From positions 11,842,001-11,906,000 of the forward strand of contig CM022665.1 in assembly GCA_012295275.1 (NCBI GenBank): 64,000 bases of DNA, written 5' to 3'. The notes below the pieces were generated by a model. That model had not been told where the DNA came from. It searched no databases and saw nothing but the letters and a program-made list of their open reading frames with translations. Shown piece after piece: positions 43,255 through 57,225 of the stretch. The stretch's first letter is position 1; each line of letters opens with the position of its first letter. A program made the translations under genes and the position numbers. The stretch is from Chrysomallon squamiferum. Lineage: Eukaryota; Animalia; Mollusca.

Positions 43255-43365
43255 AAAAATCAAGTTAATCCCGGACCCCGCAGCCATTTTGTAATCCTCT
43301 TCAAACACGTGGCTTACACCGGACGTTAGCGCGTTCAAGGCTATGGAGGCCGGAAGTGTATGGCT
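43255..43365. promoter_or_regulatory. promoter/enhancer-like island
   Basis: Two TAATCC (Otx/K50) sites at 43266 and 43292, YY1-like GCCATTTTG at 43283, CACGTG at 43306, ETS CCGGAAGTG at 43350. Confidence 0.45.
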
Positions 43366-44060
43366 AGAACAACAGAATGACCGAAGATATTTTAGTTGAG
43401 TTATGGAAATCGTTACAGTTAAAACGCATCGTCTGTTTCAGTGTTGTTGTTGTTGGTGGTGGTGGTGTTCTTGTTGTTGTTATTCACATCGTAGTACTAC
43501 TGCTGTTGCTGCTGTTTTTACTTTTTCTTCTTCTTCCCCGAAAACTTTTTATAATTCTGCTTTATTTCTTTTACCGTTCTTCAAGTTTAATAAATATTTT
43601 AACTTTCCTTTTTGTTTTTGGGAGTAGTTTTTTATTATTATTATTATTATTATTATTTTTTTTTTTTTTTGCTTGTTTGTGTTTGTTTGTTGTTGTTGTT
43701 TTGTGGTGTTTTTTTGTTTTTTTTGTTCTTGTTTTGGTTTTTAATAAAAAAAAAAAAAAATTTTTTTTTATCGGCAGTTAAGCGATTAAGTGAAACATTG
43801 TGTAATATTCCAGTTTTCGCCCAAATTCTCTTATAATAGCCGGATCAATTGTAATACGTGATGCCATACGTCACCTTCATCCGATTGTCTGTCACCTGTC
43901 AAGAGGGAATATATTTTATTCATAAATAAACTTTTATTATACATTGCCTTATCTGATTTGATGGTCTATATACTATACCACCACTTTCATAACAGACAAT
44001 GGTGTTTTTCAATTGCAGGTTGTTCTGTCCTGCATTGTGAACTGTCATGAATATGAATGT

Positions 44061-44168
44061 GTGAGATTTGGCTTCGAGTGGGTGATAAATGATAGGTTTT
44101 ACTCGCTGATCCGCCACCGTGTCACCATCACTGGAGTACCTGGGTGAGATTCCCGTCCCAGGAGAACG
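44061..44168 (+). mobile_element. possible decayed tRNA-derived SINE head
   Basis: A-box-like TGGCTTCGAGTGG at 44069-44081 and B-box-like GGTGAGATTCC at 44143-44153 in a T-arm-like context. No foldable tRNA. Confidence 0.3.
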
Positions 44169-45083
44169 CCTTCCTGCCAATCTCCGTGAGGGTCAGTTTA
44201 CTGCAGCACTGCTAAGAATTTAAAGTATTTGACTAAATCAGAATTTTAAAATAAAAACAAGACAAAACAGAGTAAATATGAAAGACAAAGAAGAAACAGA
44301 AAAATATGAAAGCAAAAAGTCTGAAACAATATCTGGTTTTAGAAATTACACTAAAATTTCGATTTAAAATAAATTTTAATGATAAAGCAACAATGGTATG
44401 TAACTGAACAGTTGTACAGGTTTATATAATTAATTCCAGTTTAGGAAAAAAAAAACACCCGCCTCCCCCCCAAAAAAGAAAAAAACCCAACAAAAAAAAC
44501 AAAAAAAAAACAGACACCGTGTAATTATTTAACTTTGGAATATCACTGATATAAAAATAACATATGAAAAGTATCAGATCTCTGATCGTTTAGAGTATAT
44601 ATATCGTCTAAATTTTGTCTCTCTGATCTGGACTTTTCGTGTTATTTAATTTTTTGAATCACGTTACTTTGTTTTATATTCGTTATCAAACATGTATAAT
44701 TTTTAAAATTTTATTATTTTAGATTTTGAGTTTTTTCTTTAGGTGGATAATCCAGACTTTAAGATTAGTATCGAATTTAAGCTGAATGATTTACTTTTAT
44801 CCATAAACAAAGTCGAAAGCATGTTTCATCATTGCTTTAAGATTTGGTAATAGGTATATAATGTTACAATGTTTAAATTATTGTTATGTTTTGTGGGGAA
44901 AAAAAATGAAGATAAGGCTGTATATATTAATATTGTTAATGTTGTACAGGGATTCCTTCTTATATTTGGTTTGGAACAACGTAATTATATATTATAAAAT
45001 ACATTATTCCTCAGTAATAACATGTCACAGAATATTTGCTGAGAAGTTTTCATTTTTTCATTTATCGTTTTCCTCTCTTTTCT

Positions 45084-45118
<35 letters not shown>

Positions 45119-45688
45119 TTAATACTGACGTCGGTGATGATGGTGATGATTATTATTATTGTTATTATATAAAAGGTGAAATAAAAATAAAATTGTAGAC
45201 ATTTTTGTATTTTGTTTGAATATTTCTTATTTAAATATTCCTTTCTCTTTCATTGTTTGATGATACTAAGGAAAATTAAAAAAAAAATTAAATCGTAATA
45301 AAACGGACATTCATTTGATATAACAATTATTTATTTATTAAGTTAGTCACCAAATACTTTTTCTATTAATATATTTTTACTTTTTAAAATATATTATTTA
45401 AAATAGTGAATAATATTGAAATAAAGGTACAAAATAAATACATTTTCAAATATCCGTTGTATTTTTAATGTCATTTTATTTACATAAACCTGAAAAATAA
45501 ATACTTGTATGTATTTATATTTATTATGAGTGACACATGTTACATTATTTAAAAGTATGTTGCTATTACTTCAATTGCATTAATTGTAAGTTTAACGTGA
45601 AAATGCTATTAACATTTTCTTTTTTTAATAACGGAACCACCCAAAAGTAAATACGAAGTTTATAAAACTGTCAAAAAAAAAAAAAAAA

Positions 45689-45724
<36 letters not shown>

Positions 45725-45746
45725 TAAAAAAATAAAATAAGATAAA

Positions 45747-45787
<41 letters not shown>

Positions 45788-46473
45788 GTATGTATGTATG
45801 TACGTTTATATCTAAGTAACAATATACGAATAAATAATTATAATTTATAAACATTATAAATTTAATAGAAAAAGAAATGATACTGGATAATAATTTCAGT
45901 GTTATTTTTTAAAAGTTAGAAAACTTTCAAGAAATATTTTTAATTCGATAAATAATGGCGTGTGTTAATTTTCTTTTCTGTAAATGTTCTGATGTATATA
46001 TGCAATTTTTATTTACGGAATAGAAAATATTTAAATTAGGTAAGTTATATATGTATATCTATATTATTTAAATAACATTTTAATTGCCTTATCTATTGTT
46101 TTTTTTTCATGTGTTTTCACTTCTTACATGTTTACTGATTTGCTTGTTTCTTTAATTTTTATTCTTGTTTATATATTTATTTATGCTTTATTATTGTATT
46201 TTTTATTTTATCATGTAATTTAAAAAAAAAAAAATTTGTTAAAATTACTAATAAACTTTTATATCATTTCCATTAAAAGTTTTACAAGTCAATAAATATT
46301 TTTTCTAAAAAAATAAACTGGAACATAATTTTAGTAAAATGTTATACTGGTCAGTGTCTTTCAGATGTTTCACATGAACAAATAAAAAAGAAAACAAATT
46401 TAAAAAAAAAAAAAAAAAAAAAAAGAATGAAAACAAATTAAGATTTAAGAAAAAAAAATGTAGGCGTTTTAAC

Positions 46474-46507
<34 letters not shown>

Positions 46508-47126
46508 TTCATTTTATTTATTTATATATTTATTATGTAACTGTTAGTGTATATAAAGCTAATAAAACGCATCTTTGTTAGTAATAAGGTAATACTTATA
46601 TCTATTTACTTTCCCATAACATCTAAATCATGTTACACCCGTAGCTTGTATTTATATTTCGTTCTGTGATTATTACTTCCATTGTCGAAATGCTAATACT
46701 ATTACGCCCAATAACGCATTCATAACGGGGCGTGTATTGTATTTGTAACTATTTCTTACAATTTTAAAAATAAGTAAAACATAAAATGTTTTTCACCGTA
46801 GATTTTTGCTTGCTAATAATTGTTTGACGAGCATAGTTACATACACATTAGGAATATTTGCATATGTTCACATAATATTTTAAATATAAATGTATGTTTG
46901 TAGGTGTATGTGTACCAGCATATAAATAACATGTGCACTGATAATGCATAACTTTTTATATATTTTTATTTTATTTTATTGCTTGAAAAATATAAGGTGT
47001 ATATACAGAATTAAAAATATTATTAAATTCATAATATATAGTAATATTTTTCAATGTATATGTATATATATTACCCTCACATTATAATTTACATTCATTA
47101 TTATTATTGTTGTTGTTATTATTATC

Positions 47127-47163
<37 letters not shown>

Positions 47164-47952
47164 TATATAATTATTTATTTATAAAATTAAACAATTACAT
47201 ATGATTATTTAAAAAATGTTTAATATACATGTATTTGCTTTTACTTCTTTAGTTTTTTATTTATTTATGTATTTTTTAATATTTTTTATTTATTTATTTA
47301 TTTATTTATTTATGTTTTATCAAATATTATTATTATTATTATTTTTCTGAATTAAACTCGAGTATTCATTACTTTATAAATTACTTTACTTCTGTTTTAT
47401 TTTACATTATTTTCTTTTGTAAACATCAGACGATCTTAATGTTTGCCGACTAAATTCATGAAGCGAAAAAAAAAAAAATAATTATAAAATAAAATAAAAT
47501 AACAGAATAACAGTCGATGGGGTAAAAAAAGGCGTTTTATTTTTAAGGGTTAATTATTGTTCAAAATAAATGTCATGAAAACATCGTTGATCTATTTTGC
47601 CGAATTACCATGACTAATTTGCAGAAAATAAATTAATAAGAGTTTCAGTAGTTTTTACATCCTTATAATAATGGGAACTACCCCAGATGAGAAAGGAAGA
47701 GGCTTGAGCTAATACCCCATCTCTTTAAAAAAATAAAAAATAAAACTTATATATATATATATTTGTATGTATTAAAATAAAGATAAAAAAAACAAAAAAA
47801 AAACCTAAATAAATAAATAAATAAATAAATAAATTCATATGTAAATCTCTATCTTTATTTTAATACATACAAATGTTATTATTTTCCGACAGTGAAAAGT
47901 TTTACGACAATGAAAAGCTGAATAATATTTCTATTATTATTATTATTATTAT

Positions 47953-47953
<1 letters not shown>

Positions 47954-48030
<77 letters not shown>
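47954..48030. repeat. (AGT)n microsatellite following (ATT)n
   Basis: Direct observation. Confidence 0.95.
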
Positions 48031-48044
<14 letters not shown>

Positions 48045-49961
48045 TTCTTATTTAATTACGGAAACATGTATGCCTAGATTTTTCACAATTAATCACTGCT
48101 AACCGATATTTATTTCAGTTTATTTAAAAGAAGAAATTGTCTCTGAACATGAATTAAAAGACTATTAGTTAAATTTCGCCAAATTTCCACAAACAAATCA
48201 ACTTAAAACTAACGACTTTTCCTAAGTTTTCAATAGCGACGTATACAGACAGAAATTATCAACATTTCAAAGCAATTGTTTGGCAAACACATGGATTTCA
48301 AGCTCGCAAACTTGGACACTGATGGCTTTTGTAGTAGAAGGGTTGCCGACAGCTATCTTGAGAGAGTCATTACCAAATCACATTTATTCCGCGATGAACG
48401 CTTAATCACCCTGCAAAAATTGGGAAGAATACTGGATGGAAAAGGTCGCCTTGAAGTACACCCTTTTGCGGACGAGATGTACCATTTATTTCAAGACAAG
48501 AACTTCCAAGTGATCGTAATCTAATAACAACTCGTAACGTGCGAATGGTTCTAAATTTTAAAAATTGGAAATTGCGTAAAATGGACAGTCTAAAGCCGTT
48601 TTGTGTAAATAGTCGTGCTTTGGAGTAGCACCAGCGCGATTTGTCTTCGGGGCTGGTAAACATTGGTCATTGTGTCCCCGGCCCATCAGATGGGCCGGCA
48701 GGGGATGGAATTCAGGGGGTAAATATTTACCCATACATTTCCACGGATAATTCGCTGTCATTACCGTTTTTCTGGCAACGTCAAAATCTGTCTACTTGTT
48801 TCGAATCATCACGTCTGCTTAATGCGGTCTCTTCCAACCACCGCACTCAACTTATTCTCTTTCTTTTTTTTCCCCCGTTTTCACTTCCATTTCGGTATAC
48901 AGCTAATGGACCTAATAAGTGACGATAAAAAAGAGACGAAAAATTCCTCTGGCGCTTCCCTTTTGGCAATCACTTTTAGGCCAAAGGTCGCGTTTTCTTA
49001 ACTATAGATTATATATGGAAATGCAGTCGAGCCTTTGAACAGACAATCATGGTACCTTTTCGCTGAAGTGCTCGTATTCCTACTCATCGCCTTTTAACGT
49101 CAACGAATGTAAACGTACATAGACGGGACATTGTTTTGGTGTTAAATTTCGTGTCTGACAAAAGACGACCAAACCTCTATATAACGTGAAATGCTGAATG
49201 GACGTGTATGGTTTATTATAATCCAAAATGGCCCGAGAAGCTTTAAGTGAAAGACATAAGTAGTTTGATGTATGTTCGCTTCGAGCTCAGCTGTAACTAT
49301 GGTAATATAGAGGCCTATTTGTAAATTTTAAGTAAAACTATAGCAGATATTTAGAACATAAAAGAGATATTTTACATAAAACGGTAACAGATTTTTTTTA
49401 TTATTCACATATTTAGATAGTCTAAATAATAATAATAATAATTTTATTGTTTGTTTTAACTTTCAGAAGTATAAAATTTATAATTTAAAAATGAAATATA
49501 TTTGAAATTATTAAATTCTGCAGGCCTTAAATATCACTTTATGAAATCTAGAGCATATGTTAAAAAGAAAAAATCAAAAAGGAAATATCAGGGGAAAAAA
49601 TAATTCTAAGATTAAGACCAAGAATATTGTTTCATTATAATAATAATTATATTGCTATTATAATATTTCTCGTCATTAATATGTTATCATTTTAATTATT
49701 TTCATTCTGTTCTTGTTTCAAAACCTTTGTATTTACACAGCATTATAAAAATATTTTAAAAGTTGCCAAACATTTGTAATGTCGGCTAAAAGTTACATTA
49801 TTTTCACTTTTATATAATTGCAACCACCTAGTCACTGTTTGTTCCTTATATTTTAAGGTTGTTTCACAACCCTCAAATGCAACCACACGAAACAATGTCC
49901 CTCAACGTAATACATTTTTGCTCTTTTCTTTCTTAAACTAACACACACACACACACACACA

Positions 49962-50035
<74 letters not shown>

Positions 50036-50747
50036 GTTTAGTTTAATATTACATTCAGTTTTCGTTTTTAGCGATAATGAACCTTCATCAAACAACGTAG
50101 CCAATTAGCATTTTAATTAATTTCTTCCATCAAAACAAGACGTTTTCATTTCTAGGCAATTACCACCACAAAACCACGCCAAACTGTACCGTGGTGTATT
50201 TTCTTAGTAAATTCCAAACTCCGTTTCCCACATGGGGAATCGTTGGACAAGCAGACAAATATCACGAACCATGTATTTTTGATTTCTTGGCAAACAGTCC
50301 ACATCGATCTTTTTTGATATATAAAAGTTGCCGCGGCCTGCGTCCGGAGAATAAACATACGGAACCAACGTTCATGACGAAAATACGATGAGTTTGGCTA
50401 CCAATGAACCAAGACAAAAGTTATCTGTAGACAGTATTTCTCTTTGTTTTAGACTTTCTGAGAAAACAAAAATTTGTCATCGCAATCAATTCTTGTCCGG
50501 TGAATAACCTTTTGTAGCGGGGAAGGGAAGAATGAAAAAAATTGATAAAAAAGATTTACTAACAGGAAGTGAAACTGAGCATGTGTAACAAAGCAGACTG
50601 ATACTGTTCTTTTATTTATGCCTCCCTTTGTGTACAAATAACAAACTTTTCAGCAACAATAATATTATAATTTAAAACATTCTTTAAAAGTATTTAAACA
50701 CTCCTTTGGCGTTAAATATACATGTATTTGTAGCTTTAAACTGGAAC

Positions 50748-50787
<40 letters not shown>

Positions 50788-51012
50788 TACTACTACGAAT
50801 AATAAATAAATAAATAATTAAAGTTATCTTGATGATAGGTATGCATTTATAAGCTAAAATCAATGTCCGTTATTTATTTGTTTAAATATTTGGCCTGTGT
50901 TGTAATTTTTATTCTTTATTATTACTATTATGACCACTACTACTACCATAACTATTACTACAACTCTCTTGTTGTTTGTTCATATACTGTAGTCAAGATA
51001 TGTTGCTGTTTT

Positions 51013-51088
<76 letters not shown>

Positions 51089-52006
51089 TTAGACGGCAGA
51101 TAGCAAGTTAATAAAGATAACAAATTTCATAAATTTTTCGTGTTTTCTTTCTTTTTTTTTTTATCTGTCAGTTTCTTTGTTTGGTCCCAGAAGCCAAAAG
51201 ACAAGACAAAATTTCACACTCCTTGGTTTAACGCTTGCTTTGAACTATTTCAGCAATTCTTGGACTTTTGGTGAATTTTTAAACGGCCGATGTCTATGTT
51301 TGGAAATATGTCTGCTCCAGATAACTGTTCAGTCAGGGCCTTTCTGACAAAATTTGTGGGAGGTTTGTACGAGGGAGGCGAAGTGTAAGATTTTTCTTAA
51401 TTATAATTTAAAAATAATAATAAATAACGTACTGCTATTTTATCACAAAAATAAAATGAAAGATACTGAAAATGTAACTAACTATAACAAATATCTCGTA
51501 TTTATATTATCATCGTCATCATCATCATCATTATTATTTTTATTATTATTATTACATTTTCACCCCTAATTATTTTATACAATATATTCCTTACTATTTC
51601 CTCTCTCCCTGACAAAAGATAATATATGGAACCGCCCTTACACGTGTTGCAGAGACATAACCCGAAGTGTAAAGCGCCATCTTTACCTGTCAATTTCCAC
51701 ACCAACGAAAAACCTACGCATCACGGAATAGTTTCACACTGTTTTAACGATCTGCTGCAGGTGAGGGTCTTATGAAAATAGTTTTCTTTCTCCTGACGAA
51801 ATATATTTCATAGCGCAGAAAAATACCAAGTCTCTATAAGAAAGATAATGAGAAAGAAAAAGAAGAGATATGAACAAAAAAAAGAGAGATAGGCAGGAGG
51901 GAAAGACAGAGAAAAACGGGGGCAGTGTATGAAAGAGAAGGAAAGACAGTGACAAAAAATGGAATAAAGAAAGACCTAAACGAAAAATTAAAGAATGAAA
52001 GGAAGA

Positions 52007-52037
<31 letters not shown>

Positions 52038-53409
52038 TAATAAGGCGAGAAAAAGGGTGAAAGGAAGAAATAAAGAAGAGAAAATGAAAGAAGAAAAAAG
52101 AAAGAAGAGAAAATAAGAGTGAGAGAAAGCAAACAAATAAATTTAAAAGAAATGAAAAATGAACACCCCCCAAAAAAAAAAAAACAACAAGAAAAAGAAA
52201 CCAAAAAGAAAAAGACAAATATGAAACTGAAGTATATTTGCAGACAATTTCCAGTTTTTAAATTTAATTTACAAAAGTTCACGTGAAGGTCAGTGGTGTG
52301 ACGTAACTGCAGCTGTAACTGTGTTTAATGACTGAAAAATATGACGGACTAGCTGTAATCGTTCTAGCTGTCAAAACGTTTAAGCTTACCATAAACCTCC
52401 GCTATGAGATGTCGTCGGTTTTATCATTTTTATAAAAATTAAATTACTATTGTGAAATATAACATAAAATAGGAATATGTATTATAACTGAATACTAATT
52501 ATATATATAATTAGTTATTTTTAGACTGGGTTAAAAAGATAAACCTACACGATTTCTAAATCTTTTGTGACATAATGAGAGGGAGTTAGCAGCTGTACTG
52601 AACTTATGTACATATAAATAACGGCGTTACATACAAAAGTACGTAACTGAAAAACAAACATTAAATCTAACGTCACCCACACGGCCCTCTACTCACGACT
52701 ATTTCTTTCGGCAAGATGAAAAGTTGACGTGTATTTATACTTGGCTGATGTAATTAGACCTAAACTGAGGAAATAATTGTTTCCGGGATATAATGTAACT
52801 TTTTACGTAATAGATGATGTTGTATAATTACTTGGCAAATATTAAATAACTAAACTATTTTAACTAACAAAAACTGGAAGAAGGAGTGTTGGGGTGTTTT
52901 ATAACATGATTTATTACTGTGTTGTTTCACCTCTTCTTCTTCTTTTCTTCTTCTACTTCTTTTTCTTCTTTTAAAATGATTCGTTCCCTCTTAAAAATAT
53001 CCAACAAAATTATGGCGTCTGCCTTTTTGAAATCTTTTTGCTGTTTCTCTGAATATACAGCATCAAATATATTATTATTATTATTATTATTATTATTATG
53101 CTATTTTACTATTTTATATATTAATATCAACAGTTTCGTTTATAACTGGTAAATGTTGTTTTTCTACATTATCTTTTACTCGTCCTAATAACAAAGACTT
53201 AGTATGAAAGGAATAAATGTGGCGGTAATAAGTTAAACAGAACAGTTTATTCATTCACTTATTTTTCATGCTGTTATATAAGTATCTATATTCATCGCTT
53301 CATACGCACCATCATTACTTTTATTTTATTTTATTTTAATTATTTATTTATTTTATTCATTCATTTAAATTTTACTTTACTTATATATATATATTTTTTT
53401 TTTTTTTTT

Positions 53410-53870
53410 TGTTATCATCAAAGTTAACGCTAACCTTTTACATCTTTCTTTGATGGCTGTTGGTTGGTATTTCCTACACGAAACATTTTAATTAACTTAA
53501 AGAAACATATAAAATAAATAAACAATTGCTAATGTAGTCTATAGAAATTAACAGAGAACAATTAAACCGTGCAGCCTTTAAATCAAAGGCGCAAAGAATA
53601 ATAAATCCGTTCAATAAAATGTCTTTCTGCTGATGTGCTTGCACATAACGTAAAGAGTTAAATTTGACCAGACCACCATGACAGTAGCACTCGCACTATA
53701 TTATTTTTCTTCGTCATCTTTTCCTTCTTTTGTTACCTGCATATAAAGGCACTTATCAGGCGGCGACATCAAAGACAGATTATTAATAAGAAGTTGGAGA
53801 GGTTCTAAGAGTGGTGTTTTCTTGGCCGATCACGTCACACTTTAATGGGATTTCATCAGGTGCGACCCTT
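53410..53870. promoter_or_regulatory. candidate Wnt/TCF + T-box enhancer
   Basis: ATCAAAG/CTTTGAT at 53417, 53448, 53582 and 53768. GGCGGC helper site at 53759, TCACAC at 53835, AGGTGCGA at 53858. Confidence 0.5.
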
Positions 53871-54037
53871 AAGTCTGTGTTCAACATTTACTAAATAAAT
53901 ATGGTATGTTTTGACAGAAAATTAAATACACAATAGATATGAGTAATGTAAGAGAAAGGAGAAAATCATATACCGCAAGGTAAAAATATATTAAAAATAA
54001 AAATGTACACACGCACGCGCGCGCGCGCGTGCACACA

Positions 54038-54091
<54 letters not shown>

Positions 54092-54299
54092 GGGATGAAA
54101 ATGAGAGGGAAAGGAAGACGGGTACTGAAAAAACCCAGTAATTGAAAATGATGTTAATTTTTAATGGTATTTCTATTATCCTTTCTCAAATGTGAATACG
54201 TACATAAAAAGAATTTATTATTAAAACTTACTTATGTGCTAAGTTATTAACCATTATGATTATCATTAAACAATCTACCACATCCAGAAAAAGAAGCCA

Positions 54300-55004
54300 C
54301 AGACTACATCATTTTAGATGAAAATATCATAATATACATTTGATGAATTGTTCATTACATATATCTTTATTATATATTTTACGTTAGAAATCGTATTTGA
54401 TATGAATGGAATTTCAAAATGCCAAATTAATTTACATTAATTTTACAAATTATTATCTCTAACAATATGTTTTTCTTATCAATTAACATAATTTCATGTC
54501 TAAATTAAAAGAGTAAAAACAAGATTGTAAACAAAAAACAACAACAACAAAACAATAAAACACCTGAAAATAAAATTTATTTTCATAACTAGAAGGAAGA
54601 TATGGCAAAATGAATATAGAAATAGCAATATACAAGTATCACGATATATTAATAATAAATAAATAAATATATAAATAATGTAAATTAACTAAGTGGAATG
54701 TTGAAAGAACAAAATATCATAGAATAAAATAAATAAAACAATAAATAAATAAATAAATTAATTAATTAAGTGGAATGTAGAAAGAACAAAATATCATAGA
54801 ATAAATATCATAGAATCTAATATTTATTACTTTAACAGCAACCACAATAAATAATTCTAAGGCACTTGCGAAGAAAAAATACCCATATGTGTGTATATTA
54901 ATATTACAAATTCAGATTAATAATAATAACAATAATAAATAAATAAATAATAATAATAATAATAATAATGACAACAATAATCATAATTCCAATAATATTA
55001 ACTA

Positions 55005-55038
<34 letters not shown>

Positions 55039-55308
55039 CAAATGCAAATAATAAAATCAGTAAACAATGAATATTTGGATTATCATGTCTTTGGAAGTAC
55101 AGCATAAAGACTTAAAAGAAGAAGAAGAAGAAGAAGAAGGAAAAAGGAACTGAAAGAATACAGAATACTGACAGCAAAGTAATATAGTAATAAATTACTC
55201 TAACATCTCAAATACTGGCAGAGTTGGAATAAAATAACAAAGTATATTTATAATATAACAAATTTCTATTTTAATGTCATATGGCAATTAGAGAAGAAAA
55301 AAAAATAC

Positions 55309-55388
<80 letters not shown>

Positions 55389-55958
55389 AGAAGAAGAAGA
55401 CGATGAAGAAGAAGAAGAATAACAAAAATGTGTTCAAATTTTTCAAATTTTAAATTAAATGATCTGCAACAAACTAAAAAAAATAAAAAAATAAAAAATA
55501 AAAAATTAAAAAACCCCACAAAATCCCCCAGAAAAAAAGCCCATTTGTTTGACAATGAGAAAATATCACCATATTTGATCAGTAAATACCTGATTAAAGG
55601 AATGCATCACATAGTCATATGACAAAGTTATTTTTACTTCCATTAATTACTGTACATAATTATTATGAGAAGTTATTAATATTACAGACTGAACCAAGTA
55701 ACAGTCATATATATATGTTGCTCTATACCCAAAACCAAACACACAAGCAGACATACTGACAAGTATACACACAAGGTAAATATATAAATTGCAACTCCTT
55801 ATAATTACTGTAACTGAACAGAGTATTGTAAGCACTATCAAAACATCATCCAAAAGGAACAAACCATAAGAAAGAAAATTTAAAATAAATGCTGTATTTT
55901 TATTTATGCACACTGGAAGACGTTAATATAATGTCCCCACATCAGGCTGGCAAAAAAA

Positions 55959-55989
<31 letters not shown>

Positions 55990-56688
55990 AATAAAATAAT
56001 AATAATAATAATAATAAAAAAATTATAAATAAATACTATTTCCCTAAATATTAAAATATAAATATATAAAAACAAATCAGTGGTAGAAATTTAGTATTTT
56101 TTATCAAAAAGTTATACCTCTTAATAATATCAAAACTGTTTTGATGGAAGATGTGTATGTATGTATGTATGTATGTATGTATATATCCCAGCACCAATTT
56201 GATTACAAAAATAAATGCCACAAAAATGACAAATGACAATTCCATTAATACCAATCCATTAAAAAATACAATTTTGTTTTAAACTGATTATCAATAATAT
56301 TGTTATTTTTAAGTTTTTAAAGACATTAATAATTGGCATTATCCTTAATTTACTTACTTTAAATAATAAACTAATAATAAAATTAAAGCAAAAATCATAA
56401 GGTGCCAGATTAACATAATTATATTTTTAATTAAAAATTATTTTCTACTCTGAATATATATATATAGCATTAATATACTTTTTCTGCTTTTTTTTAAAAC
56501 AAATATTTAATTTGTTTTATTCTTGTCTCTTAATACTTCTGTAGAACAATGCAAAATGTTTTCATTGTAAAGATTTACTTTTCTAATCTTGCTAGGAAAT
56601 GTTCTTAATAAATGTTTAACATTTTCTTGATTTAATTTCTATAGAAAGATTTAATAAGATTTCAGTAGAAAAAGTTTCAGTGTGTTTT
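54300..56688 (-). other. putative 3' UTR / 3' flank of MIPOL1
   Basis: Follows the stop codon. The CpG depletion of the gene body continues to about 54.3 kb, and several conserved miRNA seed matches lie on the minus strand. The true poly(A) site cannot be determined. Confidence 0.4.
54684..54816. repeat. ~45-bp direct duplication
   Basis: ATTAA.TAAGTGGAATGT.GAAAGAACAAAATATCATAGAATAAA at 54684 and 54761. Confidence 0.85.
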
Positions 56689-56764
56689 CTACTCTGATCT
56701 GGCCTGTCTGTGATAGTCAAATAACTTCTTCTGAAGAGTTGCCACTTTTCTTTCCAGTCTGGAA
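56689..56764 (-). CDS. MIPOL1: MIPOL1 (mirror-image polydactyly 1) orthologue, terminal coding exon: (I)SRLERKVATLQKKLFDYHRQARSE*
   Basis: Minus-strand acceptor ttttatttcAG at 56765-56766. The phase-2 join to the preceding exon (at|t = Ile) is in frame, and the stop is TAG at 56689-56691. The peptide resembles the recalled vertebrate MIPOL1 C-terminus KVQKLERLVDVLRKKV. Confidence 0.88.
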
Positions 56765-57225
56765 CTGAAATAAAAATAAAACTGTATTTTGAATAATGTG
56801 ACAGATAAATAAAATATAAAATAAAATAAAAAAAAATAAAATAAAATAAATAATGAAAATAAAATAAAATAAATAATTAAAATAATATGAAAATAAAATA
56901 AAATATATAAAATATAATAAATAAAAAATAAATATGTAATTAATGAATAAATTCATATAATTTTTAAGTAACAGAAAAATTTACAATTCAATTTAATTAT
57001 ATTACTATGGTTATGATTATTATTTTTATTTTACACTAATTATTTTTTAATTCCAACCTTACATCATTTCAAGCATAAAGAAACATTAACATCAGCATCA
57101 GCAATCACAAAAATAAACATTAAAAAAAAAAAAAAAAAACCATTTCTTATCACAAATTTTAGTAATGTGACTAAATAATTTTGTAATTATAGGCAATTTA
57201 AAAAACATAAATATATTTTACTTAC

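Noticed and set aside
44061-44168. Functional tRNA gene
   Set aside because: The B-box lacks GTTC and no cloverleaf forms; retained only as a possible SINE relic.
47670-47730. RTE-like 5' motif GAGCTAATACCCCATCTCTTTAAAA
   Set aside because: Too short and degenerate to call.
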